DNA of 64,000 nucleotides from a virus (taxonomy: Duplodnaviria; Caudoviricetes). The notes below the pieces were generated by a model. It ran no database searches and was not told where the DNA came from. It saw only the letters and a list, made by a program, of their open reading frames with translations. The position numbers were made by a program, and so were the translations under genes. The stretch spans positions 32,001-96,000 of the IMG/VR virus record IMGVR_UViG_3300037512_001279; one strand, written 5' to 3'. How positions within the stretch are numbered: position 1 is the stretch's first letter; every line of letters starts with the position of its first letter. Below, in pieces: positions 1-8,489 of this stretch.

Positions 1-828
1 GTGATTCTATTGGATACACAAAACCTTCTCGACTTTGATGAGTTAAAAGTATATTTTGGCGAAGACTATTGGCCTACGCCACACATAAAAATAACTCAGC
101 CAAAAATACAAGATTTGATCGAATATGGCGATTCAAGGTTTTATTCCATGGTTTCCACTTTATGCGCAAACACGACGTCGTTTAGACTTCAATTGTGGGA
201 AATGGGAATTGATTGGAATAAGATTTCAGATTTTGATCTATTTAAAATTCTGATTAAGAATTACACAACTGATGAAACAAGTCTTTTATTTGGTGATTTG
301 AATCTTTCTTGGTTTGAAGAAATGCACGACGACAAGGCGGATGCTGATGTTTTAATCTACTTTCCCAGAGACGAGGAAGGTAATTTGGTTGACATTACTC
401 AGATACCGTTTGACGACGTTATTAAAATCTATGAAATCGACTACGTCAAAATAGTCGAATATTTAAGATACATGTTTAACATTCATCCAAAGACTGAAAA
501 GGCCCGCGGTAAATCCACGAAGCTTGCGATTATTGAGGATGAAAAGAGAAAGATTGCTGCAGAACTGGCGAAGAAAAAAGACACTGACATTCAGAAGTCG
601 TTTTTGCTGCCACTTGTTTCATCTTTACTAAACCACCCTGGATTCAAGTATAAAAAGGATGAACTCAGGGAAGTTGGCATAGTAGAGTTTATGGACTCCG
701 TAAAGAGACTGCAGACTTACGAAAGCTCCACTGCCCTGCTTAAAGGCATTTATTCAGGAATGGTTGACACGTCCAAGATTAAGAATCTTAATGATGAAAT
801 AAATTGGATGAAGGATTTAAACGGGTAG
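1..828 (+). CDS. Hypothetical phage protein in the tail morphogenesis region (may be 5'-truncated by the window)
   Basis: 275-aa ORF directly upstream of the putative major tail gene, followed by a hairpin-T terminator at about 821-846; no recognisable motif. Confidence 0.6.
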   Translation: MILLDTQNLLDFDELKVYFGEDYWPTPHIKITQPKIQDLIEYGDSRFYSMVSTLCANTTSFRLQLWEMGIDWNKISDFDLFKILIKNYTTDETSLLFGDLNLSWFEEMHDDKADADVLIYFPRDEEGNLVDITQIPFDDVIKIYEIDYVKIVEYLRYMFNIHPKTEKARGKSTKLAIIEDEKRKIAAELAKKKDTDIQKSFLLPLVSSLLNHPGFKYKKDELREVGIVEFMDSVKRLQTYESSTALLKGIYSGMVDTSKIKNLNDEINWMKDLNG

Positions 829-956
829 GATAACTGCCCGTTTTTAGATATGTGAAAATTACATAAATTTTTGTTATCTAAATTTTTGAATTGGCTTAGT
901 TTTCTAAGCCTTTTTATTTTTTTTTAAAACAAAAAAATAATAAGGAGGAAATAAAC

Positions 957-1760
957 ATGTTTACATTGGATGATCTTATTATTGATCGTATTCTTATGGC
1001 GACTGCTGAAGATTCCAACGGTGCATTGCTTTATACTCTGACGCAGCTTACTGATGCTACCATTGAGATTACTGCTGAATCCAGAGAAGCAAGAGACGCT
1101 AGGGGATCGCTTGTTAAGCGCTTCTATAATGCAAAGAGTGGTACGTTCTCTGCAACGAATGCCATGCTGAATCTTAACCTGTTGGCATCTTCTTCCGGAA
1201 ATGCTAAGGAAGTTGCAGGTGCAGGAGCACTGGCAATTCAGATGCCTAGAATTCTTGTAGTTAAGCAGGGGACTCAGACCGTTGATTTGTGTGCAACGGA
1301 TGAGACTCTTGTTGCTGGCTCCGTAAGAGTTAATGCTCTTGGAAATAACGGCGCTCTTGGCAAGGCTTATACACTTGGCTCCGGTTCCGCAAGTGCTACG
1401 GAGTTTATTATCACTGGTGACGTTCTTACTCTTCCTACTGATACTGATCCCGACAAGTTCGTAATTAAGTTTGAGAGAAAGACCGAGAACGGCGTTAAGA
1501 TCGTTAACAGCTCCAACCAGTTCCCTGGCACTGTTAAGCTTACGCTTCAGGCTCTTGCCATAGATCCTTGTAGCCCCGACGTTGTTCGCGAAGTTTACAT
1601 TATCATTCCTTCGTTCCAGGTTAGCCCTGAAGTTTCCATCACCGTAAACAGTGAGGGTACTTTGAATTACTCCGGCGACCTGCAGGTTGCTTACTGCTCT
1701 GGCGATCAGGAGCTTTACTCCATCGTTATGTGCGGTGATGACGAGTACGACGAGGACTAA
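957..1760 (+). CDS. Putative major tail (tube) protein
   Basis: Strong RBS (AAGGAGG), highly biased codon usage, beta-rich 267-aa protein with acidic C-terminus, located upstream of the tape measure gene. Confidence 0.6.
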   Translation: MFTLDDLIIDRILMATAEDSNGALLYTLTQLTDATIEITAESREARDARGSLVKRFYNAKSGTFSATNAMLNLNLLASSSGNAKEVAGAGALAIQMPRILVVKQGTQTVDLCATDETLVAGSVRVNALGNNGALGKAYTLGSGSASATEFIITGDVLTLPTDTDPDKFVIKFERKTENGVKIVNSSNQFPGTVKLTLQALAIDPCSPDVVREVYIIIPSFQVSPEVSITVNSEGTLNYSGDLQVAYCSGDQELYSIVMCGDDEYDED

Positions 1761-1825
1761 TTCGTAATTCGTAAAAGTATTTAGGAGGGGACTAATCTCC
1801 CCTCCTATTCTTTTAGAAGGAGAAG

Positions 1826-2296
1826 ATGGGATTTATGAATAAGAACAAGAATAACAGAAAGTGTATTATTTGCGGAAAAGAATATTCTTACTGCCCCGTT
1901 TGCGGGAAGGACGTAAAAAAACCTTCATGGTACACAATTTTCTGTAGTGACAATTGTAACAGCATTTATGAAGCAGTTACAACCTTCAGAGATGGCGGAT
2001 GTACCGTTGAAGCAGCTCGTGATTTGTTGAACGGATTAGATTTAAAAGCAGTTGATAATGATGAATTTAATGCAACTACAAGAAAGCAGATTAAAGACAT
2101 TCTTAGCTTCAATGAAAAGAAAGATGAGGTTGTTGAGCCTGTAGCTGAGGAAGTAGTTGAGGAAAAAGTTGAGGCTGTTGAGCCTGTAGTTGAGGAAGTG
2201 AAAGAAGTTGTTAAGGAAAAGAAAGAAGAAAAGAAATCTTTCAATGGTTCAAATCAGAGCTTCAAAAAGAATAACTATAACAACTTTCGCAAATAA
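1826..2296 (+). CDS. Hypothetical Zn-finger protein with E/V-rich low-complexity tail
   Basis: CxxC-x6-CxxC...CxxxC; RBS AAGGAG. Confidence 0.6.
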   Translation: MGFMNKNKNNRKCIICGKEYSYCPVCGKDVKKPSWYTIFCSDNCNSIYEAVTTFRDGGCTVEAARDLLNGLDLKAVDNDEFNATTRKQIKDILSFNEKKDEVVEPVAEEVVEEKVEAVEPVVEEVKEVVKEKKEEKKSFNGSNQSFKKNNYNNFRK

Positions 2297-2417
2297 CATA
2301 GACGTCGGTGAATTTTTAGCATAGTGGAATATACTTGCCAACGTCTAATTTGGCTATGTGTATTCCATTTTTTTACTTTTATCGACAATTTTCGGAATGT
2401 AAAGGAAGAATAAATAT

Positions 2418-2639
2418 ATGGAGATTAGCAAACTTTCAAATAAAAAGTATTCATTAAAGGACGTTGTTCGTGTTATTGACCCAAAGCAACAAATGTTGTT
2501 CTGCAAACACATGGCATATCCTGTTGACATGTACGTTACGAAAGATTTGTATTCTGACAAAGACATACTAGTAATGCTGTTCAACAAAGAAGAAACTAGA
2601 GAATTATATATTAAGTGGAAAAACCACGAACTGAAGTGA
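2418..2639 (+). CDS. Hypothetical protein
   Basis: ORF with RBS-like AAGGAAG, co-oriented with its neighbours. Confidence 0.6.
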   Translation: MEISKLSNKKYSLKDVVRVIDPKQQMLFCKHMAYPVDMYVTKDLYSDKDILVMLFNKEETRELYIKWKNHELK

Positions 2640-2647
2640 GGTGCGCC

Positions 2648-2890
2648 ATGATTGAACATTTAGAAAAAGAAGTACGTCGCTACGTAATAGCGACTTTTGA
2701 CAATCCGACAAATTACGTCGTTTGTAATGGCGCATGTAATTATTCTTTTATTGACAACATACAAAACGCATCAAAGTTTGCGTCAGAATTTGCAGCAAAT
2801 GAAGTATATAAGTCTTTATATAAAAGATATAATATTGATCTCGTTGTTCTTCCACTAAGTATAAAATACGTTTTATTGGAGGAAGATTGA
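2648..2890 (+). CDS. Hypothetical protein
   Basis: GAGGTG RBS precedes ATG 2648 (MIEHLEK...), a better start than 2615. Confidence 0.55.
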   Translation: MIEHLEKEVRRYVIATFDNPTNYVVCNGACNYSFIDNIQNASKFASEFAANEVYKSLYKRYNIDLVVLPLSIKYVLLEED

Positions 2891-2916
2891 GTATAAAATA
2901 CGTTTTTTGGGAGGAA
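2858..2916. repeat. 27-bp tandem direct repeat immediately upstream of the cysteine desulfurase gene
   Basis: agtataaaatacgttttattggaggaa (2858-2884) vs agtataaaatacgttttttgggaggaa (2890-2916), 2 mismatches. Confidence 0.85.
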
Positions 2917-2921
2917 AAACA

Positions 2922-4034
2922 ATGTATTATCTTGACAATGCAGCGACCACTCCACTTACGGATGCGGTTAAGAAAAAAATTATTGAAGTTCTTGATGATT
3001 ATGGGAACCCAAGTTCTTCATATGATCTTGGTAAAAAAACAAAAAATATAATCGAAGACGCAAGAGAAGAAGTTAGGGGATTCATTCATGCTCCCGCAAA
3101 TTCAAACATCATATTTACTTCAAGTGGTTCTGCAGCAAACTGTCTCGCCATTAAAGGACTTCTTGGTTATTGTGACGAAGACGTTGTTTTATACTCTCCT
3201 ACTGCTCATAAGTCAATTATAAAATGCTGTAAAGAATATAAATATGCTCATGAGCTAAAGGTTGATTCTGAAGGTTTTATCGACTTTGATTATCTTGAAG
3301 AAAAATTAAAAAGTTATTGGCCAGAGATGGTTCTTGTATTCTTCGAGGCTGCAAATTCAGAGCTAGGTACGATTAATAAAATACGCGAACTTGTGAAGTT
3401 AATACATTCATACGGTGCTCTTGCAATTGTTGATTTTACTGGATACATACCATATTTCAAAGTTAATGTATGTGATCTTGACGTTGACGTTGCAACATTT
3501 TCAGGTCATAAACTTCATGCACTTAAAGGAGTTGGAGTTCTTTATAAGCTTGAAGACCTTGGAATGGCTCCGGTAGTTTACGGTTCTCAAGAAGATGGTC
3601 TTTTTGCAGGAACTGAAAACGTAATTGGAATAGCCTCTCTTGGAGAAGCCGTAAAGAATTATGATTATTCATTTGTAATGAGATATCAAAGGGATAAGCT
3701 TTGGGAAATGATTAGTAACGGAATTAAAGACTGTTACTTAATAGGTACAAAAAAGGAATATGACAGATTACCGTTTAATCTGTTTATTTGTTTCAATGGA
3801 GTTAACGGAAGTAATCTTGCGTCGCTTCTTGAAACAAAAGGCATTTACGTCTCAACAGGTTCGGCATGCAATAATGGTTCTGCAGAACCTTCAGACGCAT
3901 TAGTTGCAATTGGAATGAATGAAAACGATTATCATTCATGCATAAGAATTACTTTTAGTGGTGATGAAACTTTTATAGATTTACAGAAGATATATGAAGC
4001 AATTAAGGAGTCTGTTGACTTTTTGAGGGGGTGA
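2922..4034 (+). CDS. iscS: Cysteine desulfurase, IscS/NifS family (PLP-dependent class V aminotransferase fold)
   Basis: YLDNAATT N-terminus, FTSSGS, SGHK (PLP lysine), GTEN and STGSAC (catalytic Cys); RBS GGGAGG before ATG 2922. Confidence 0.9.
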   Translation: MYYLDNAATTPLTDAVKKKIIEVLDDYGNPSSSYDLGKKTKNIIEDAREEVRGFIHAPANSNIIFTSSGSAANCLAIKGLLGYCDEDVVLYSPTAHKSIIKCCKEYKYAHELKVDSEGFIDFDYLEEKLKSYWPEMVLVFFEAANSELGTINKIRELVKLIHSYGALAIVDFTGYIPYFKVNVCDLDVDVATFSGHKLHALKGVGVLYKLEDLGMAPVVYGSQEDGLFAGTENVIGIASLGEAVKNYDYSFVMRYQRDKLWEMISNGIKDCYLIGTKKEYDRLPFNLFICFNGVNGSNLASLLETKGIYVSTGSACNNGSAEPSDALVAIGMNENDYHSCIRITFSGDETFIDLQKIYEAIKESVDFLRG

Positions 4035-4041
4035 CAGTCCC

Positions 4042-5637
4042 GTGAAAATATTAGGCAACTCCGTCGCTTCAGCGCGACAAATGGCGGCGTATTTGTCGTC
4101 AGTAAACGACAAGCCAAAATTTTCAACAGACATCTCAGTAGAAGAATTTTGCCAGTTATTTCTAGACACGTGTGAGCTTGAAGGCGTTCGCGGTGACGTA
4201 GCATTTGCTCAGGCATGTAAGGAAACTGGCAATTTTCGTTTTACGGGAAGCGTGATGTATACGCAAAACAATTTTTGTGGTCTTGGCGCTACAAACGACG
4301 GAGTTATTGGATGTATTTTTAGAAACATTAGAGACGGCATTTTGGCACAGGCACAGCATCTGAAGACATATGCCACAAAGGAAAACCTGAACATAACGTG
4401 CATAGATCCACGAAGAACTGAATGGTTTGTGAATAAAAAAAGTGGAACTGCTCCCGAAGTAGAAATGCTTGGAGGTACGTGGTCTGTTCCAGGTTATGAC
4501 ACAAATAAATATAAATCTTTGGATGAAGCAAATAATGCAAAAGATTCCTACGGGTATCAGATTGTTGACATAGTAAATAAAATTTTACAAATTAAGGACG
4601 GTGGTGAAAAAATGGCAAAGAAAAAAGTATGTTTGGATGCAGGTCATTATGGGAAATATAACCGTTCTCCTGTTGTTCCATCATATTACGAATCAGACAT
4701 GGTTTGGAAACTACATCTGATGTTAAAAAAATATTTGGAACAGTTAGGTATTCAGGTAATCACTACGAGATCTAATAAAGACAAAGATTTGGCGCTAGTA
4801 TCAAGAGGCATGGCATCAAAGGGATGTGATTTATTTCTTTCCTTACACAGCAATGCATGCGGTTCTGAGTCAGTAAATTATGCTGCAATTTATCATTTAA
4901 CTAATGACGTTACTACTGACATTGATGATTTGTCAAAAGATTTCGCTAATAAAATAGCGCCTGTTATTGGTGGCGTTATGGGTGTTGGGTATAAAGTATT
5001 AACTCGCGCAGCACAAAGTGACAGAAACAAAGACGGTATGAAGAACGACAATTATTATGGTGTTCTTCACGGTGCAAGAATGGCTGGTACTCCAGGATTA
5101 ATTCTTGAACATTCATTCCATACGAACAAAAACGCAACTCTTTGGCTTTTACAGGATGCAAATCTTGACAGGCTTGCAAAAGCTGAGGCGCAATGCATTG
5201 CTGAATGGCTGTTAGGAAATATTCCAACTCCTGAACCTACTCCTACTCCGGAACCATCTCCAACCCCAACAAATAATCTTGTTGCTAAGGGTTATGAGTA
5301 TGCCGCAAAATTCACTGGCGTAAATGAAACGAATCTTTCAAAGGCGAAGGCAAGAACGCTTCAGCATGCATTAAATCTTGATTATGGCAAATCAATTGAT
5401 GAAGACGGAATGTTTGGGCCTAAGTCTAAAGCGAAACTTGGAAGTCATTACGTAAAGAAAGGTGAAAAACAATACATGGTTACTGCTGCAGAGATACTTA
5501 TGTATTTAAACAACGTTGATTCTAATGGTGTTGAGTATCCTGGTATTTACGGTAATGGCTTGGTTAAGGCGTCTAAATCTAAATTTGGTGATGACGGTCT
5601 TAAGATTGATTCAAATGAATTCTTGAAATTGTTATAA
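4042..5637 (+). CDS. Endolysin: glucosaminidase domain, N-acetylmuramoyl-L-alanine amidase (Amidase_3), PT/PE linker and C-terminal cell-wall-binding region
   Basis: AFAQACKETG...QNNFCGLG (glucosaminidase); LDAGH, SLHSNA and ILEHSFHTN (Amidase_3 Zn ligands); PTPEPTPTPEPSPTP linker. Confidence 0.9.
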   Translation: MKILGNSVASARQMAAYLSSVNDKPKFSTDISVEEFCQLFLDTCELEGVRGDVAFAQACKETGNFRFTGSVMYTQNNFCGLGATNDGVIGCIFRNIRDGILAQAQHLKTYATKENLNITCIDPRRTEWFVNKKSGTAPEVEMLGGTWSVPGYDTNKYKSLDEANNAKDSYGYQIVDIVNKILQIKDGGEKMAKKKVCLDAGHYGKYNRSPVVPSYYESDMVWKLHLMLKKYLEQLGIQVITTRSNKDKDLALVSRGMASKGCDLFLSLHSNACGSESVNYAAIYHLTNDVTTDIDDLSKDFANKIAPVIGGVMGVGYKVLTRAAQSDRNKDGMKNDNYYGVLHGARMAGTPGLILEHSFHTNKNATLWLLQDANLDRLAKAEAQCIAEWLLGNIPTPEPTPTPEPSPTPTNNLVAKGYEYAAKFTGVNETNLSKAKARTLQHALNLDYGKSIDEDGMFGPKSKAKLGSHYVKKGEKQYMVTAAEILMYLNNVDSNGVEYPGIYGNGLVKASKSKFGDDGLKIDSNEFLKLL

Positions 5638-5652
5638 GGAAGGAGAAATACC

Positions 5653-5964
5653 ATGAGTGTTGAAACCTTTATTGGAATTTTAGTTATCAGTGCCGCCGCT
5701 ACTTCAATCGGCATTGAGATCATTAAGAAGCTATTTGATGCATTCAAGTGGAAATATGAGTCCATGGTTGTTGCAGTTATAACTGCATTTATTGTTGGCG
5801 TTGCTGAGGTTGTTATTTATGCAGCACAGGGAAACATGACATTTAATTACGTTACTGTTATTTATGCAATTTGCATGGGCATTGTAAACGTTGTTGGAAG
5901 TACTGTTGGTTATGATACCGTTAAGGCATTTATCTATGCTTTATTTGGAAAGGTGGATAAGTAA
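5653..5964 (+). CDS. Putative holin
   Basis: 103 aa with about three hydrophobic segments, directly after the endolysin. Confidence 0.75.
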   Translation: MSVETFIGILVISAAATSIGIEIIKKLFDAFKWKYESMVVAVITAFIVGVAEVVIYAAQGNMTFNYVTVIYAICMGIVNVVGSTVGYDTVKAFIYALFGKVDK

Positions 5965-5975
5965 AACAGAGAGAG

Positions 5976-6497
5976 GTGGTCGACATGTCTAATATAGAAC
6001 AGCTTTTAAAAATAGATTCGTCGGTGATTTTGTCTCTTTTTGTTATTCTTTTTGGTATTGTAGCTATTGCCCAGGTTATTGAGAAGTTTTCAATATACAT
6101 CGGTAAACCGGTGTCTTGGGTTAAAAATAAAAATAAAGACCACGAAACCATTGTAAAAATAACCGAAACTTTAGAGGCACTAAGGAAACAACAGGATGCA
6201 GACAGAGTTCAGGCCGTTAATAGAGATCAGGAAATTAAGGATGATATTGACAAATTCTCATCCATGTTTTTGGATAAAAGCGTCGAGGATATGCGATGGA
6301 GAATATTAGACTTTTCATCCGCGATCTCAAATGGCAGGAAATTCAACAGAGAGTCATATGATTTTATTATCCATACTTATGATCAGTATGAGGACATATT
6401 GAAGAAATTAGGAAAGACAAATGGCGTCATAGATGAAACGATTGTTTACATCAAGGATGAGTTTAGAAATCATCTTAAGAATGGCGACTTTAAATAG
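5976..6497 (+). CDS. Membrane-anchored coiled-coil protein (lysis-associated, holin-like)
   Basis: N-terminal TM helix, coiled coil and ...YE..L..LGKTNG.. C-terminus; in the lysis cluster. Confidence 0.6.
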   Translation: MVDMSNIEQLLKIDSSVILSLFVILFGIVAIAQVIEKFSIYIGKPVSWVKNKNKDHETIVKITETLEALRKQQDADRVQAVNRDQEIKDDIDKFSSMFLDKSVEDMRWRILDFSSAISNGRKFNRESYDFIIHTYDQYEDILKKLGKTNGVIDETIVYIKDEFRNHLKNGDFK

Positions 6498-6549
6498 TCA
6501 AGAAAGGATACGGAGGGCAGTAGCAATACTGCTCTCCTATTTTATTGTT

Positions 6550-7032
6550 ATGAAAAAATGTAAATTACTTAGTTTAGACAGTTCTACAAAGTCAACTGGA
6601 TTTGCAATATTTGTTAATGGGAACTATAAGGAAAGTTGCTTTATTGACCATTCAAAAATAAAAGACGCACAGGAACGTTTGAGCGCCATGATTTCTGACA
6701 TATATAAAATAATTGATAAATACTCTCCTGACATTGTAACATGGGAGATCACTGTTGTCGTGAGAAACCCACAGGTTCAAAGAGATTTAACCATGATTGT
6801 TGGCGCTATCATGGGCAAGTGCATAGAGAAAAACATATTCTTCTATCCTTTCAGACCTACTGAGTGGAGAAAGCTTGTCTCCGATGGAGAGAAGCTGCCA
6901 AAGAAAAGAGATGAATTAAAACAGTGGGGAAAGGATAAGGTAAAGGAACTGTTTAACATTGACGTTGAAAATGACGATGTATCTGACGCTATTCTTATAG
7001 GTCAGGCATATATAGATAAATTTAGGGAGTGA
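6550..7032 (+). CDS. RuvC-like Holliday junction resolvase
   Basis: LSLDSSTKSTGFAIF (first catalytic D), WE, and DDVSDAILIG (C-terminal acidic pair); start reassigned to ATG 6550. Confidence 0.8.
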   Translation: MKKCKLLSLDSSTKSTGFAIFVNGNYKESCFIDHSKIKDAQERLSAMISDIYKIIDKYSPDIVTWEITVVVRNPQVQRDLTMIVGAIMGKCIEKNIFFYPFRPTEWRKLVSDGEKLPKKRDELKQWGKDKVKELFNIDVENDDVSDAILIGQAYIDKFRE

Positions 7033-7039
7033 TTGAGCC

Positions 7040-7309
7040 ATGAATAATAATAAAAATCTTATGGAATCCATATTGACACACCTAAGAAAGCTAATCATTC
7101 TTACTGAGAATGGTGATGAGGATCAAATCCAAAAGTTGGTTAATAGTGCATGCGAGGTTTCAAATCAACTTATTCGGATAGAAAAAGGAGAATGTATTGG
7201 TGAAGAGTATGAAGAGTCTGAATACTCTGAAGAAGACTCCGGCGAATACTATGAAGAAAACTCTGAAGAAAGTTCTGAAGAAGAATCCGACGATGAAGGT
7301 AATAAGTAA
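7040..7309 (+). CDS. Small protein with a very acidic E/S/Y-rich C-terminus
   Basis: EEYEESEYSEEDSGEYYEENSEESSEEESDDE. Confidence 0.6.
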   Translation: MNNNKNLMESILTHLRKLIILTENGDEDQIQKLVNSACEVSNQLIRIEKGECIGEEYEESEYSEEDSGEYYEENSEESSEEESDDEGNK

Positions 7310-7333
7310 AAGGAAAAGGAAAGGAAGGAAAAT

Positions 7334-7909
7334 ATGACAGTAAAAGAATTTGTTACAAGCTATAATGCTGCAAAAACGTCTGCGGCAAAGGATGCGATTA
7401 TTAAGAAATTGAACGTAAAGGATTACGTTGACGTTAATACAAAGAGAACTTACATTAGTTTGGTTGTTGCAAAGGCTAATGCAGAATATGACAGTGACGG
7501 TAAGATTGTTGGCAGTAGATATAATTCAGTAATGCAGCACGTATTATTCACCGTTACGATGGTTCAGATGTATACAGACTTGGATATTGATTTTAAAAGA
7601 GAAAATGATCCTGACAATATTACGGAAGTTTACGATTTGCTCACAAAAAGTGGTTTGATTGACAAGATTGTTGAACTTATTGGCGAAAAGGAATTTAGTG
7701 AGTGCATGTTGTTCCTTGGTATGGAAAGTAATGATTTTGCTCAGAATGAGATGTCATTACAGGCATACGTCGGAGAAAAGATTCAGAGACTTATGGATTT
7801 AATCAGTGCGCTCTCATCTCCCGTCATTGATGAGATTAAGGATAAATTCAAAGATATCAATCCTGAAGATCTGAAGAAACTTATTGACGAGTTAAAAAAT
7901 GTCAACTAA
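7334..7909 (+). CDS. Hypothetical protein, possible tail assembly chaperone
   Basis: Helical 191-aa ORF upstream of the tape measure gene; positional inference only. Confidence 0.45.
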   Translation: MTVKEFVTSYNAAKTSAAKDAIIKKLNVKDYVDVNTKRTYISLVVAKANAEYDSDGKIVGSRYNSVMQHVLFTVTMVQMYTDLDIDFKRENDPDNITEVYDLLTKSGLIDKIVELIGEKEFSECMLFLGMESNDFAQNEMSLQAYVGEKIQRLMDLISALSSPVIDEIKDKFKDINPEDLKKLIDELKNVN

Positions 7910-7929
7910 AATGAAGATTTATTTTTTTT

Positions 7930-7964
7930 AGGCTCTGTCGGTGTCACAGCCGGCGGAGCTTTTT
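7930..7964 (+). terminator. Rho-independent terminator
   Basis: ggctctgtcgg...ccggcggagc followed by a T run. Confidence 0.7.
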
Positions 7965-7995
7965 ACAATATTATTGAGGATTGGAGGTGTAGCAT

Positions 7996-8478
7996 ATGGG
8001 AGCTTTTAAGATAGATGAAAAAACAAGGAATGATTTAGAAAAAGCAGGCAGGAAAATGGCTAACAAATTAGCTGATGATGCAAAAGAAAAACTTGTTAAA
8101 AAATACATATCATTAATTAATGATTATTATGAAGATTATACTCCAAAGGTTGATAAGCATGGAATTCCATATTATCAAAGAACATTAAATTTATTTAATT
8201 CATATAGGCCATATAAAAAGAATCCACATAATACAATTTATTATGGAGGAGTTCAGATAACTGCTGATAAAATGTATGATTACGAATCTATTTCTGGAGA
8301 ACCATTTGCTGCACAAAGTTTACTTGATAAGTTTATATATACTAAAGATGGTACTTGGCATGGTGGTGACTGGCATGGCGGATATGGAGTTAAAGCTAAA
8401 TTTAGCATATCAGGAGAATTATTAGATTATAGAGATTATTTAGTACAGTATTATACTAAAAAATACTCTGTTAAATAA
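7996..8478 (+). CDS. Hypothetical tail-associated protein
   Basis: RBS GGAGGTG; YQRT motif; immediately upstream of the tape measure gene. Confidence 0.55.
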   Translation: MGAFKIDEKTRNDLEKAGRKMANKLADDAKEKLVKKYISLINDYYEDYTPKVDKHGIPYYQRTLNLFNSYRPYKKNPHNTIYYGGVQITADKMYDYESISGEPFAAQSLLDKFIYTKDGTWHGGDWHGGYGVKAKFSISGELLDYRDYLVQYYTKKYSVK

Positions 8479-8489
8479 AGGAGGTTAAA

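Noticed and set aside
7334-8478. Programmed -1 frameshift tail chaperone pair
   Set aside because: No convincing slippery site was found, and a terminator plus an independent RBS separate the two genes.
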